This document shows, in pieces, positions 40,187 through 55,386 of a DNA stretch of 64,000 nt. The stretch covers positions 102,114,001 to 102,178,000 of the forward strand of contig OX597819.1 in NCBI GenBank assembly GCA_951406725.2. The letters are read 5' to 3'. The notes under the pieces are model-generated. The model did no database searches and was not told where the DNA came from. It was given only the letters and a program-made list of their open reading frames with translations. The stretch comes from Octopus vulgaris. Taxonomy: Eukaryota. The translations under genes were made by a program, and so were the position numbers. Numbering within the stretch: the first letter of the stretch is position 1; the number at the start of each line of letters is the position of its first letter.

Positions 40187-40964
40187 GCAGCAACAACAAC
40201 AATAATTATAATAATAATAATAACAATAATATCTGTATCACCACCACCGCATTTTCTTGCAGATGATGATGATAGTGGTGATGATGGTGATAATGAAATT
40301 TATTTGCTAGAAGACCTGTAACGTCGGGGAACGTATAGTAGCGAAATTATTATATAAAACGCAAAGAAGAAAGTAAACTGAAGGGGTAGCTAGCAGCTAA
40401 CAAAAAAGGGGGCAAGATCAATATAATAAACAATAAAAATACATAAGAAAATCGATAACAATAAATAGCGGTAACAATATACAGCAACATACCAAAAAAA
40501 GAGGATTGCCAAAATGGCCGCTAATCACACACAAGGTTTGTGGCCATTGTTACACAATACCGAATGAATCGATGTACTACTGAAAGCTGGAAAATTGTTT
40601 CAGTCTTTGCTGTCACTCTGAAACAGCACAGCTAGAAAGATATATTTACATTTATGTCATACACATTTCGTCAAAATTTCATAGAGTTAGGCACAGGCCT
40701 CTATACCCTTCTTTCTTTAAGGGCCACTCGGAGAAAGAAATTAGCAGAAAAGGAAGAAAAAAGTGCAATCCTTTCTTCCTTTCAAGTGTGTCCAATTCAC
40801 ATAGATTTTCTCAGAAGTAGCTACACGATAGTGAAAGTCTACTGGCTAGCCCTTACTTTCTAAAAAATTGATGAACCGATCTTCTGTGATAGATTATGCT
40901 GACACTTGGATTCGTCTAACCGATGATAACAGCCATTTTGCGTAAATCCACATAGCAAAAATAT

Positions 40965-41016
40965 AAGAATTTTAAGATCGCATTCCGGACAAGAATTCCA
41001 AGATCGCATTCTGGAC
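40965..41016. repeat. Tandem duplication of a 26-bp unit
   Basis: AAGAATTTTAAGATCGCATTCCGGAC followed by AAGAATTCCAAGATCGCATTCTGGAC. Confidence 0.9.
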
Positions 41017-41926
41017 CATTTCGTAATTCAAGAAAGGCTTTGGTCAGGTCGTGGCTACTAGTAACTCAAACAAATCTATGTGATCAGCAGCAACACCTAA
41101 GCTGTCCGTCTCGAAAAGCCTTATTTTTCATTTCCTACTTTTGCCCCGCAACATAAGATTGGTTAGTTTTAGTTTACGGGTTATAAAAAATTCCATCAGC
41201 CACTATAATGTCATTACCGCACATTACACATACTTCGAAGATTCAAAGGTAATATATGAGTGTGTGCATATATATACATACATACATACGTGCACATATA
41301 TATATACACACACACACACACGTAATATATGTAGATAGACCCATACATACATATATGTAATTATATGCATATATATATGTATACACACACACACACACAT
41401 ACAAATGTGTGTACGTATGTGTTAACATATATAACTGTGTGTGTTTACGTTTCACTGTGCGCGCGTGCGCGATGTGTGAGTGAATATGTGTGTGCGAGTG
41501 TTTGAGCGTCTAATTTTTAATGTACAGAATATAAATATAATTGATAATTGTTTACGAAACAGAAGACTATAAACTATCAATTCATATGTTTGTATACATA
41601 AGACATACTCATCCAGGCACACTTATGAACGAAGTGTATGTGTGTGGGTGTGAGTGTGCATGTGTGTGTGTGTGTGAACGTTTGCATGTGTGTATGTATT
41701 GATAAACAAACATGCTCTGACAGCTACAGGAGATGAGTGACAGACAAAAACGATGCACAAAAACGTGTATGTCTAAAATTGTTAAAGCATAATGCACTGC
41801 CTCTCTGTGTTGTTCAACACATCCACAATAAGGATTTTATTATATAGAAATATAAATACTGACACCCATAAAACTGTACATAGAGACCCTAAAGCTTATG
41901 TATGTATGTATGTATGTATATGTATG

Positions 41927-41972
<46 letters not shown>

Positions 41973-42138
41973 CAGAGAGAGAGATAAAGAGAGAGAGACA
42001 GAGATAGTAGAGGATACATCCACTCAGAGATATGCATCTGAAAAATTCTGCAAGCACATGTATGTGGTTGTACATTATATATATATATACGTGTGTGTAT
42101 GTGTGTGTGTATGTATGTGTGTGTAAGGATATATATAC

Positions 42139-42170
<32 letters not shown>

Positions 42171-42569
42171 TTATATGTTTATAGATATGACCATATATGC
42201 GTGGGCCTTTGTGAACCGTCACCCTCAGCTACAAGACCCAACAATAGCATATTCATATATTCACAAACATACAAACTCATACTTGCACGGACACACAGCC
42301 GCATGCGCACGCTCGTGATATTCTCTGCTAAACTTATTAACCCAAATCCGACCCGCTTGTATTACAGCCATGTAAAGTCTACTAACCAGCGACGCCATCA
42401 CCACCAACCGCCATATTAAAATGTCTGCCACACATATGTACACCACCGTCGCTTATACACGCTGCAAATGGCAGACAACATCTTTATGTTGGTTCTGAAG
42501 ATATTTTCATATCTGTAAGCTATGTCGCAAATTCCCCACCCCCAAATATTTAAATACATGTATATATTT

Positions 42570-42792
42570 TTATACACCATATATGTATGTATATATATAT
42601 ATATATTCATACACCATATATGTATGTATATATATATATATATATTTATACACCATATATGTATGTATATAAATATATATATATATATATATACATACAT
42701 ATATACATACATACATATACATATATATGCATACATACATATATATACATATATATACATACATATATATATATATATAAATATATATATAC

Positions 42793-42851
<59 letters not shown>

Positions 42852-42866
42852 CATATGTATATACAT

Positions 42867-42897
<31 letters not shown>

Positions 42898-42903
42898 TAT
42901 ACA

Positions 42904-42935
<32 letters not shown>

Positions 42936-42967
42936 CATACATATATATATATACACATACATATTTC

Positions 42968-43015
<48 letters not shown>

Positions 43016-43060
43016 ATACATATAAAAATATATATATATATACATATACATATATGTATG
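42570..43060. repeat. Complex (TA)/(TACA) tract starting with three TACACCATATATGTATG(TA)n units of about 38 bp
   Basis: Units start near 42573, 42610 and 42649. Confidence 0.9.
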
Positions 43061-43572
43061 TATTGAACTTTACAAATTGCTTTAGTTTCACCTAGGGACC
43101 TGAAAGTAGAATCAAAAGCGTTCCAGACGTGTACCTCCAATTCACATTCAAACGGTACAGCCATTTATTTTACTAGTAGAGTGAACAACGCCTGTGTGTA
43201 TATATATTTATTAATAAATATGTGCATAGAAATGGAAAGTCTTGTCAATAAATATGTGTGTGTGTGTGTGTGTGTGTATGCTTGAGTGTATGTATGTCTG
43301 TGTGTATGAGTGTAGGAATGTGAGCATGTATTGTAAAATATTATAACATACCCAGACACACACACTCATACACACCTTTACGTGTATAGACCTACATATA
43401 TAGTGATGTTCGTTCATCAGGTGTATTTGTATATTTTGTGTGTCTGCATTGGTGAGACTGAGTACTTTACTGTGAACTGCACCGACTTAATTAACGATGT
43501 GTCAAATTAAGATTAGAAGCCAGTCAAGTGAAATATATATATATACACACACACACACACATATATATATAT

Positions 43573-43603
<31 letters not shown>

Positions 43604-43809
43604 CACACACATATATATACATATATATATATTTATATACATATATAATTATTATTATTATCATTATCATTATTATTATTAATATTATTATTATCATAAA
43701 CACCTTCCAGCTACCATTGTTATATATATATAATGTAACTACAGGTATGTATATATATATATATAAAGAGGGAGAGATATACACTCATGCATATATACAT
43801 AACTTAATT

Positions 43810-43848
<39 letters not shown>

Positions 43849-44309
43849 GCACACATATATGCACGTTTATTTACACACATACGTATATAAATACATAAAT
43901 ATATACACAGAGAAGTATTTTTACATATATATCTTCAGAAATACACACAGGCTTTCATACATGTATAGGTGCTTCAGGTGGTTGTGTGTGTATGTCGGTA
44001 TGTGTGTGAGTGTGCATGATTATGTCTATGTGTGTGTCTATAAGTCCGCGTATATGTTGGTATGTAAACTTTAATGAGGAACGTCTCGAAAATTGAATTT
44101 GCATAACGTTATTTGATAAGTATTTACGATATACATATTTTTTTACGTATTTTTTTTACACACTGGCATTCGTTGAAATATTATTATTACCTTTATTAAT
44201 ATTATCATTGTCGTCGTCGTCGTCATCGTAATCACCATCATTATTCCGATTCTTTTTCCTTCACGCTGAATATAGTTGTACTTTTCCTTTAAAGAATTTT
44301 CTCACACAC

Positions 44310-44359
<50 letters not shown>

Positions 44360-44374
44360 CATATATACACACGC

Positions 44375-44406
<32 letters not shown>

Positions 44407-44524
44407 ACGTATGTGTGTGAATGTATAGTTGTATATAATTGAATTACATGAAAACTAACACACACACATATATATATATATGTTTCTATGTGTGTGTGTA
44501 TAATATGTGTGTATGTGTATATAT

Positions 44525-44582
<58 letters not shown>

Positions 44583-44611
44583 GTATATGTATAATTACAA
44601 ATACACAGATA

Positions 44612-44659
<48 letters not shown>

Positions 44660-44923
44660 TAAATATATTTATAAATTTCTGTGTGCATATATATATATAA
44701 GATTGAAAAACATACTTACACACACACACACACACATAAGATTACGTTCGTTATAAGTGTATCAATAATCCACTCAAGCGGTGAAATATCGACATATAAT
44801 TTATTTAGTTCATTCATTGAGCTTCAGCAAGTTTTTTCACTTCGTTAAACCAGGCCTAGCTTCGGGAGTACTTCAGATCTTGCTATAATCATCTCAAGAC
44901 AGACATAGACACTCTAGATAGAT

Positions 44924-44925
<2 letters not shown>

Positions 44926-45008
<83 letters not shown>
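44926..45008. repeat. Pure (CA)n of about 41 units
   Basis: Read directly from the sequence. Confidence 0.97.
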
Positions 45009-45011
<3 letters not shown>

Positions 45012-45581
45012 CTAAGCGCTTAAATGTATGTACATTGAAATCCACCTTAAAAACTCGCTCCGTAACCGTCTTGTCAAAGGACGCTTTCTTGTAACTACAT
45101 GTATTCTGCTTTTGAGTTCAGAGTGGCGGCAACTTCTTTTAAATCGCTATGACTTGTGCAGAACAATAAATAAATAAACAAAAAAAAACACAAATAAATA
45201 AATAAATAGATAAAAAGAAATAAAGTTTTTTTAAAAAATACATGTTTGGAAATCTTGGACCACTTTGATATTCAAATATACTGGAAGACTTTAAAAATTC
45301 TACGCTTACAGATAAAGAGAATGTGGTGTTTTGATATGGTTGTAATTAAGAATATATGTTTGGCTTAATGAATACTTTGAATAACATTCAGAGGAAGGAG
45401 CAGTGTGGTTCCAATACTGATTTTCATTTCAAGACATGGGATGGTAATTATTGAAATAGTGGAATTTAATTATTGTCGCTCTAGCTAAGTAAATGTTATA
45501 TTAAATATAGCCCTACTCTGAGTATTGAGTCAACGTATGAGTAGATACTCAGCTGCTAATTTAATGCTGCCATATATATTT

Positions 45582-45640
<59 letters not shown>

Positions 45641-45800
45641 TATATATACATATATTCACACACACATAAACATATATTTAGATATACATGTACATATACT
45701 AATATACATATATACACACATACTTCTATACATATATACACACATATATCTATACATATATACATTTAAATCTATACTATACATATATATCTATATATCT

Positions 45801-45853
<53 letters not shown>

Positions 45854-45889
45854 CGTATATATAGATACATATGCATGCATGGTCATATT

Positions 45890-46262
45890 CTCTCTTTTAC
45901 AAGTTTCAGTCATTTGACTGTGGTCATGCTGGACCATCACTTGTAGTCAAAGAAATCGACCCCAGGACTTATTCTTTGTAAGCCTAGTACTTATTCTCTG
46001 TATCGCTTCAGCTGACCTGCTAAATTACGAGGACATAAATACATTAGCATCGATTGTGGAGTGATGGTGGTGGCGGGGTGACAAACAGATTCACAAAGAC
46101 ACACCCGTATATACACGATGGGCCTCTTTGAGTTTCCGTCTACCAAATCCACTCACAAGGCTTTGGTCGGTCTGAAGCTATAGTAGAAAACACTCGCCTA
46201 AAGTGCCACGCTGTGGGATTGAACTCGGAAGTATGTGGTTAGGAATCAAGCTTCTTACCACA
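45890..46262 (-). mobile_element. SINE family B near full-length
   Basis: Minus strand TGGTAAGAAGCTTGATTCCTAACCAC...GAGTTCAATCCCACAGCGTGGCAC...CAAAGCCTTGTGAGTGGATTTGGTAGACGGAAAC...body...ATGACTGAAACTTGTAAAAGAG. Confidence 0.9.
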
Positions 46263-46410
46263 AAATTCACACATATGTATATTTAAGGATGTATACATAC
46301 ATACATTTCAACATACACACATACACACATGTATATGTGTGTATGTGTGTAATGTGTTTATACATCCCTCCATACTTATATCTATACATATATACACACA
46401 CGTATGTATA

Positions 46411-46505
<95 letters not shown>

Positions 46506-46524
46506 ACACACACATACATATATA

Positions 46525-46571
<47 letters not shown>

Positions 46572-46634
46572 ATGCATATATATATGCATGGCCTTGCTTT
46601 TTTGCTTTTTGAGCCAAAAACTTAACTAACTAAC

Positions 46635-46665
<31 letters not shown>

Positions 46666-46676
46666 CATATATATAT

Positions 46677-46717
<41 letters not shown>

Positions 46718-46878
46718 CACATATATATATATATATATACATACACATATATATATATATATATATATACATACACATATATATATATATATATATACAT
46801 ACACACATATATATATATATACATACACACATATATATATATATATATATACACACACATATATATAAATATATACAC

Positions 46879-46909
<31 letters not shown>

Positions 46910-46940
46910 TATATATATACACATATATACACACACATAT

Positions 46941-46985
<45 letters not shown>
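46635..46985. repeat. Higher-order (TA)n-CATACACA tract
   Basis: Repeated units of about 24-30 bp consisting of (TA)n plus CATACACA. Confidence 0.9.
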
Positions 46986-46986
<1 letters not shown>

Positions 46987-46989
<3 letters not shown>

Positions 46990-47190
46990 TAATCCAAACA
47001 AGAAAGCACAAAAAAAACACAACGCGAGGAGGTGGAACAAATATAGTATTATTGGACGCTCAGGAAGAAGGAAAGAAGGAGGGTTTAACGTTTCGAGCGG
47101 AGCTCTTCGTCGGAAACATAGGAGAAGGAAAGATCCAGAGAAGGGAAGCCAGAGGAAAAAAATCGCTAACGGTACACACGAGGTCACATT
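46987..47190 (-). mobile_element. Family D element with hammerhead motif at 47083-47117
   Basis: Core GTTT-CCGACGA-A-GAGC-TCC-GCTC-GAAAC-GT-T-AAAC with a perfect GUUU/AAAC stem I and a U4C change. The 3' end abuts the long TA tract. Confidence 0.85.
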
Positions 47191-47742
47191 TATACCCGTA
47201 TTTATACCCATATATAAATGCACACACATACACACCACAATATCGAATTACGCTATGAATTGTTTTGCGTCATTAGGGACCGATCCATGATATGAAGAAA
47301 ACTGTTGCTCTCTTGGGTTATCTCCCTTTTATGAAGTACATTATATGCTCTCAGTTAGACCTTGGGCTGAACTCATATAATCCGATACGTGCTCCTTTGT
47401 ACTTTATACCCTTCTCACTGTGCTCACACTCCTTCTCTGTGTCTTTCTTTCCCTTTCTCTCTCTCTAGCTTTCTTGCCTTAGATCTGAATGTAGTATCTG
47501 TAACTGGGTTGTTGATAGTGTATGTGTGTGTAGTGTTTCTGTACATTCGTGTCTGTCTGTACTATAACATCTCTATGTTGGTCATAGAATGAATTCGGTC
47601 ATCCCGAAATTGTGTCATTAATGGCAAGTAGCCCACAAAGGGACGTATTGTACTTAGTCAGGTTGCCATCAAATGTATAGATGTATCCGAACATATATCG
47701 CTATCGTATATGGCTGTAATACACACACGCACACATACATAT

Positions 47743-47799
<57 letters not shown>

Positions 47800-47816
47800 G
47801 TATATACATATATATG

Positions 47817-47848
<32 letters not shown>

Positions 47849-48376
47849 TATATGTATATCCATGTGTGTGTGCGTGTGTGTGTACCGATTCTTGAGATTT
47901 GAACTGTTTGAAGTAGTCATCGCTGTGCTGCCACGAAACTTTGGGCTTTTGGCACTTTTAGACCTAACGGAGACCATTTCAAACCAAGCGTATATATATG
48001 TATATATATATATATATACAACCGAATTCTTCCAAAAAGAAAGGAAGAAAGATAGACAGAATGAGCCCGAGTGAAGCATCCGATACAGAAATGGTACTTT
48101 ATTTGTCCGCTCTGGAAAATGAAATGGGATTTGAACTCAGAGCGTATAGTGGAAACAAATACTGGAAAGCAATCTATTTGATATATACATATGTACCCAC
48201 GCATATATCATTTTCTTCGTCTTTTTCTTCTCATTATTATTCTCAGTTTAAATCCCGTCCAGGTTTGCCCTGGGTTCCTTTCCTCTGAGATCCACAAAAT
48301 AAAGTATAAATAAAGTAGAATAGCGTCACTGTATCATTATTATTATTATTATTGTTATTATTATTATCATTATTAA

Positions 48377-48745
48377 GGTGGTGAGCTGGCAGAAACGTTA
48401 GCACGGTGGACGAAATGCTTAGCGGTATTTCGTCTGCCGTTAGGTTCTGAGTTCAAATTCCGCCGAGGTCGACTTTGCCTTTCATCCATTCGGGGTCGAT
48501 TAAATAAATACCAGTTACGCACTGGGGTCCATTTAATCGACTTAATCCGTTTGTCTATCCTTGTTTGTCTTCTCTGTGTTTAGCCCCTTGTGGGTAGTAA
48601 AGAAATAGGTATTTCGCCTGTTAGTTGACTTTAACTTTTATCCTTTCGGGGTCGATAAATTAAGTACCAGTCAAGTACTGGTGTCAATGTGATCGACTGT
48701 CCCCCCTCTCCATAAACTTCCAAGCCTTGTGACTATAATAGAAAT
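48377..48745 (+). mobile_element. Dimeric or nested family A SINE
   Basis: Head, GGTATTTCGTCTG (48424-48436), B box, Meta-like domain, tail 1 ending AAAGAAATA, GGTATTTCGCCTG (48608-48620), second Meta-like domain, tail 2. Flanked by (ATT)n on both sides. Confidence 0.92.
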
Positions 48746-48753
48746 TATTATTA

Positions 48754-48794
<41 letters not shown>

Positions 48795-49249
48795 GCTATT
48801 ATTATCATTCTTATTATTGTTATTATATCACTTAGTTGTTTCATTGAATTGGCGATGCAATGTACACTCAATTCGCCTTCCTTTTGGCAATAAAAAAGGT
48901 ATAAATAAGATTTACAATGAAGGTGAATGTTATCAACTTTTTTAAATAAACCACTAACACCACTTCTTCCATCCCCATCACCACTATTATAATCATCACG
49001 ATCATCATCATCATCGTCATCGTCATCATTCCTATCATCATGAAAAGCACAGCAGAGAGATATATCAACGACAGCAATGTACGTTATTGAACGATTGCAT
49101 TGACACACTCATACAAACTATCGGTACCTGTAATTTAAACAACAAATTTTCTTGAGAAATGGTGAATAAAATCAAATCACACACACACGAATGTATGTAT
49201 AAATATATTTGTGTACACACGTAAAAAAAAGAAAAAAACACGGCTCCGT

Positions 49250-49573
49250 CGGTCACGAATGACCATGGGTGTACCTAAGAGATTTTTCTCTGGGATACAA
49301 GTCACACCGGTGAACGAACAATCCAGGGTTGTTTTTTATGGAAGACCAGCAGTCGCCCATGCATAGCAGCTTCCCCTCTCCACGTTACCGATGTTATTTA
49401 AGGGAAAGGCAAAAGATGATTCAGCTTGGCACTAGTGACGTCGCAACTCAGTTCTACCGCTGGGTGAACTGGAGCAACACGAAATAAAGTGTCTTGCTCA
49501 AGAACACAAAACGCGAACTCGCAACCCCGTGATTGTAAGCTCGACACTCTAACCACTGAGCCGTGTGCCTTCA
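49250..49573 (-). mobile_element. SINE family C (tRNA head, CORE-like domain, long 3' tail)
   Basis: Minus strand GGCTCAGTGGTTAG (A box) ... GAGTTCG ... TGTGTTCTTGAGCAAGACACTTTATTTC...TGCTCCAGTTCACCCAGC (CORE-like) ... GCATGGGCGACTGCTGGTCTTCCATA. Confidence 0.85.
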
Positions 49574-50111
49574 CGTATACACACATACACATACATATAT
49601 ATACATATATACTTATATATATTCATGTACATACATTATATATAAATGTGTATGTATGTATGTATGTATACACAGACAGAACTGAAACTATCAAATAAGC
49701 AAAGGAAAGAAGTTTGTTTTACCGTGTTGTCTGCAGCAGACAACAGCCTGGTCCGCCAGCCGCGTTTGTGTGTGTGTATGTGTGTATGTATGTGTGTGTA
49801 TATGTGTGTGTGTGTGTGTTTGTGTGTGTACTACTAAAGAACGAAAAACGCACAGGCATATTAACCCCACAGTAGCGGATAATGCTTTCTCCGAGCACAA
49901 TGATTAGACAGAAGAACAAATATATAACTCAGTTGTTGTTGACGTAGAGTGGAAGGTCAGCCTATATCAGGCTGTAGACCTAGGATAACAAAAATGAAAG
50001 AAAAAAAATATGAAACATTAAAAAAAAAAATTGATCATTCCATCTGTCAGCAATCCGCCAGTTTTGTGTATACGGGAGAGAGTATTATCCAATATATATT
50101 TCTTTATTGAA

Positions 50112-50126
50112 GACGCCACCTAGTGA
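50112..50126 (-). promoter_or_regulatory. Candidate CTCF binding site
   Basis: Minus strand TCACTAGGTGGCGTC is close to CCACTAGGTGGCGC. Confidence 0.35.
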
Positions 50127-50394
50127 TTCGAAGAAGATTTAACTGCTATTTCTCGCAGGCTCTCTATGTTCCCCAGTTTGATGATAGCGTACGATCCCGT
50201 TTATCCACCAGTCCGTGTGTGTTCGTATTAAAAGACTGACTGACAAACAGACAGAACGATCGATCGATCGATCGATTGAACGATAGACAGACAGACAGAT
50301 AGAGAATTATAAATAGATAGATATATAGATATATAGATAGATAAATAGATAGATAAATAGATAGACAGAAAGACAGACAGACAGACAGACAGAA

Positions 50395-50472
<78 letters not shown>

Positions 50473-51033
50473 CATTTACCACAAGCGACAATAGGTGGTG
50501 TTGGTAAAGAAACCTACAGAGAAAACCAGGCTACCAATCATATTTCGGTGGGTGTGGAACTGCCGAGATGGAAATGGATATAATCGAAGCATTGCTGTGA
50601 TATTGGTTAAGTGTCTGCCTGCGTGATGATATAATATGGTTGGCTTCAGTGGACAGTCGCTCTATATGAAACCCCACACAGATAATCTTTCTAAATATGA
50701 TGACTGGTTTAAAAGGGCAGTGGAAAATATGAGACCAGAAATACACGCATACAAACACACACTACATTAACGTGAATGGCTTAAGTGTCGCGCGTCGAGC
50801 GCATTTAAAGTGCGTGCGTGTATGTATATACATATATATATATATACAAACACACATGTATGCACCCATATACATATAAACAAACATATATACACACATA
50901 TATATATATACATACACACATATATTTGCACACATTTAAAGAAATAAACATATATATATACATACACATATACATTTATACATATGTATACATATATATA
51001 TATATCCATATACATATATCTATTTGTATACAT

Positions 51034-51097
<64 letters not shown>

Positions 51098-51477
51098 GTA
51101 TACATATATACATAAATAAATATATATTTCTGTGTGTGTATATATATATTATTATAGTTGTGTGTATGTATAATGGTAAACACAAGTGTCTATACGTGCT
51201 TATCGTATACTTGATGTAGAGCTAGGTGTATGTGTGTGTGTGTGTGTGTGAGTGAGTGAGTGTGTGTGTGAGTGATTGTGTGTGTGTGTACGTATGTGTG
51301 CAAACAGGTGGCAGCAGAGGTGCATAGCAACATGCATATCAGTCAGACCGCTTTCATTTCACATCGCTACTAACACCATCATCTTACGAACACCAACGAC
51401 GCCGCCGCCACCGCCACCACCACCATCACTAGTAAACGGCAGCTGCTGTGCCGTGAGAGAGAGAGAGAGAAAGAGAG

Positions 51478-51537
<60 letters not shown>

Positions 51538-51848
51538 GGAAACAATGCGGGTAGGACTTACTGCTGGGTCGGCTGAGTTCCATGTAACGATGACAGGACT
51601 TCAGTAGTAACGTCCGAATAGTTTGAAGAAGTAATACAACGTCGTTGGCTATAACTGCATATACATTCAAACATGCATATATACACACTCACACACGGAC
51701 ACATTTAAGGAAACGGCCATCGCACACATACACGGATAGAAAGTGTTAGCGAGAGAGAAAGGGAGAGAGAGAGAGAGAGAGAAGATCTAGGTTGATGTAT
51801 AAATATTGCTTAATGCATTAATGTCTGTGTGTAAGCGTGTGTATGTGT

Positions 51849-51884
<36 letters not shown>

Positions 51885-52944
51885 GCGTGCGCGCACGCGC
51901 GTATGGTGGAGTTTTAATTTCCATTTTTACTGGATAATTATTATGGTAAGCGCACGAGAGAAGTGCCCTGTTTACAAATACATCACCACTCCCACTACAA
52001 CAACAGCGACTACTACTACTACTACTACTATTACTACTACTACTAATGCTACTACTACTACTGATACTAATAAATAGTACCATCACCGCTACCACCGTCG
52101 TTGCTTCTACTATTACTGCCACCTACACCACCAATACCAACATCACTACCACCACCACCACCACCTCCGTCGCTACTACTCCATCAATCACTCTTGTATC
52201 GATCTACCACTTTACTATGACTACCACTACCCTAGTACTATCAGTAATAGTAGTAGTATTAGTAGTAGTAGTAGTACTATCAGTAGTAGTAGTAGTAGTA
52301 GCAGCAGCAGCAGCAATTTAGGTCTAGGATAACTGCGATCAAAGACAGCTTTCGACCGTGACCATCATCCTGACTTTCCTTGTATCCATCCACATAATTC
52401 ACCACGTTTTTTCTTTTTTGCCTTAGATGCTAGAATGTGACGCGAAGGAGATGTGGCTACTATTCATGCTACGTTGAGTGTATATGGACTACTGCTACTA
52501 CAACTACTACTACTACTACTACTACTACTTTTCGTTTACCCAGCACCACTACCATCATGAAATCCACTCAAATAATTAACACCGACCTCCCATTTAAGCA
52601 TTACTCCATCCACCTCTCTCTCTCTCTTCCTCTCTCTTTCTTTTTTTTTTTTTTTTCTTTATCTCAACCTTAATTTCTTTTTTTCAAATTCCACCATCTC
52701 CAACCTCAACACAATTATCATCATCACCACCATTGTATACACTGAAACCGTTTTATTTGATCATCGTAACTCAGAGAAACATCCTCCCTTCCTCAGTGCA
52801 TGTGCGGGGTGGAATTTCATGATTCCACAGGGAAATTTGGGTATTCTAGAGGTAGGGGTATTATTCCTTTCAGGATTGCAAAATATCCGTATCGGGATTC
52901 TCAATGTTCAGTTTTTTTTTTCTTTTTCTTTCTGTATCTTTTTT

Positions 52945-53280
52945 ATCTTTTACTTGCTTCAGACAGTAGACTGCGGCCATGCTAGGGCAACACGTTAGCG
53001 AATTTTAGTCGAATGAATCCACCCCAGCACCCTTTTATTTACATTTTAAGGCAGGTACTTATTCTAACTGGCACTTTTGTTGAACTGATAGGTCACTGAG
53101 ACCTTAACACACCAGCAACCCTTCTCAAGCCCTGGTGGGGGACATACACAAACTCTCTCTCTCACACACACACACATGTATATACAAATATACAGTGGGC
53201 TATAGTAAAAGACACTTGCCTAAGGTCTTACGCAGTGGGACTGAACCCAGAACACTGTGCCACATAGTCACTCCTGCACG
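52945..53280 (-). mobile_element. SINE family B, diverged and internally deleted
   Basis: TCTTTTACTTGCTTCAG...GACTGCGGCCATGCTAG ... CTATAGTAAAAGACACTTGCCTAAGG...GCAGTGGGACTGAACCC. Confidence 0.8.
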
Positions 53281-53539
53281 GTTCTTTCTTCCTTTTTGTT
53301 TTTTTTATTTTTTGATTAATTTTCATTAATGTTTATTTGAATTATATAAATGTTAACGGCGAACCTAAAAGCACACTATCCTGATCAAACGGCGTAATTC
53401 GCGGGGTTTAAGTCTGGTCGACCCAGCCCACTCCAAGTTAAGAACATAGATTATTTTTTTTCGAGAGAGAGAGAGAGAGAGAGAGAGAGTAAGAAAGAGA
53501 GGGAGAGGGAAATAAAAACAGAGAGCAACAACAACAACA

Positions 53540-53665
53540 ACTGACCTTGGTATTAGTAATTTATATATCGACCATAAATATGTGAGAGTCAAAGTTGACG
53601 TCGGCTGTATTTGAACTCAAAGAACCGCGACTAATGCGAGTAATTCTAACGACTTTGCCACCTTT
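53540..53665 (-). mobile_element. SINE family A degenerate copy
   Basis: ATCGACC...CAAAGTTGACGTCGGCTGTATTTGAACTCA...CTAACGACTTTGCCA. Confidence 0.7.
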
Positions 53666-54589
53666 CTAATATAAAACTATTGTAATGTAGAAAACTATTG
53701 CAGAAAACTAGTTTCTTTTTCAATGTATATAGCGAAAGATTTGAAATATGATCTGTATATCAGTGAACTCTATATTCAGCCACGCTGAATGATTAAATCG
53801 AGTCTGTACTTAAGTGATCCTAGGTTCGATACCAGTTCGTGTAGTGAGTGGGTGATTACGGAAAAAAAAGAAAAGCTTATAAACAACTGACATATATGAA
53901 GATACTACAGTTTCAGTGATATAGTATTTGTTATCACAGAGGATCAGAAGAACTACAAGCTATAGGGAACATATAATATTTAATACTGATGTTGATATTG
54001 TTGTTTTGCCCTAGTTCAGCACTATTTGAGTTGATTCATACAGACAATGTTCTTCAGCATTTTGCCCTCGGTCTTTGCGCGTCAATTATGACATTATGCA
54101 AAGCATGCTATTATATATAGCTTGTAATTTGAAGATTTGGCTGCCATTTCTAGATTTCACTCCAAGAGAAACGAATCAGCTGCAGCCAGTCAAGGAACTC
54201 CATACATTGTGCCAACTACCAACGATAAGCGTTAAAGCCAAGTTTCCGCCTAAGGCGGCCTCAAAGCGACGGTCCGGGGTTGTCCAAATCACAAAGCCAT
54301 CAAAATGTACGCAATGTAAGTAGTCAACTGAACAGAAAGCAATAACAAAATAGATATTTATTATGCAGACACTGGACACTCGAATGGCAAAAGCTATTCG
54401 CGATCGACTTGATCTGAGAGTATCAAATTCCTTCTGGGGGCCCATTTGCCTACTTACCCCAAAATTTCACTTCACACCAGCACGCAAGCCAGATCAGGAA
54501 TTATTGAAGAATACATATTGAAGAATACAGTTGCACATCCATGGATGTTCCGCTCACATCAGTGATATTTATGCAAAAAAAATGTCGGC

Positions 54590-54905
54590 GATTTGGGCCG
54601 ATGCAACATGATAACTGTGTCTTACTCAATTGACCCCGAAAGGATGAATAGCAAAAGATGGAAAGACAGGAGAAATGCCACCAAGCATTTGCTCTATGCC
54701 TTGTTTAGTAACCATAATATTGGTTTTAAATTTTGGCACAAGGCCAGCAATTTCGGGGGAGGAGGTAAGTCGACGACATCGGCCCCAGTGCTCAACTGGT
54801 GCTTATTTTGTCGATCCCGAAAGGATGAAATTTGAACTCAGAACGTAAAGACGGTAGACATGTCACCGAGCATTTTTCACTACGTGCTGACGATTTTTCC
54901 ACCTT
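54590..54905 (-). mobile_element. Two tandem family A SINE copies
   Basis: GACCCCGAAAGGATGAA near 54632 and TTTTGGCACAAGGCCAGCAATTTCGGGG...AACTGGTGCTTATTTTGTCGATCCCGAAAGGATGAAATTTGAACTCAGAACG. Confidence 0.8.
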
Positions 54906-55348
54906 CCTACCTTGATAAATAGCCATAATATCAACAATTAAAAAAGCCTAAATGATGCCAATAGTGATGATGATGATGATGATGATGATGATGGCAGTGA
55001 CGATGATAAAGATGCGTTTTTATACGATTAAAAGTTTTTCAGTTATAGATCATGCTAAATCAAGACTGACCTGGGACTAAATAGCAACAATAACGACAAA
55101 AACACCATTGGCATGTTCTGTACATGTCTTTTATCCTCACAGCCCGATCATAAAAGAGAACATGCGATAGAGGATATCTATTGCAATATTCCAAAAGAAT
55201 GCATAGAACTGTTATAGAATTTCATGCTTAAACAAGTTTCTTTCTGATATTTTGCTCTATCAATGGTACGTCTTTCATTGTTGATGCTGGAAAACCGCTT
55301 AAAACTTACCGTATTCCATAGATGCATAGATAAGAGCATGGCCATTAT

Positions 55349-55386
<38 letters not shown>

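Noticed and set aside
42570-42670. Regularly spaced repeats resembling a CRISPR array
   Set aside because: The spacers are only (TA)n, the context is eukaryotic, and there are no cas genes.
53775-53845. B box GGTTCGATACC suggesting a tRNA gene
   Set aside because: No convincing cloverleaf or acceptor stem; more likely a decayed SINE head. The same applies to the SINE A/B boxes elsewhere.
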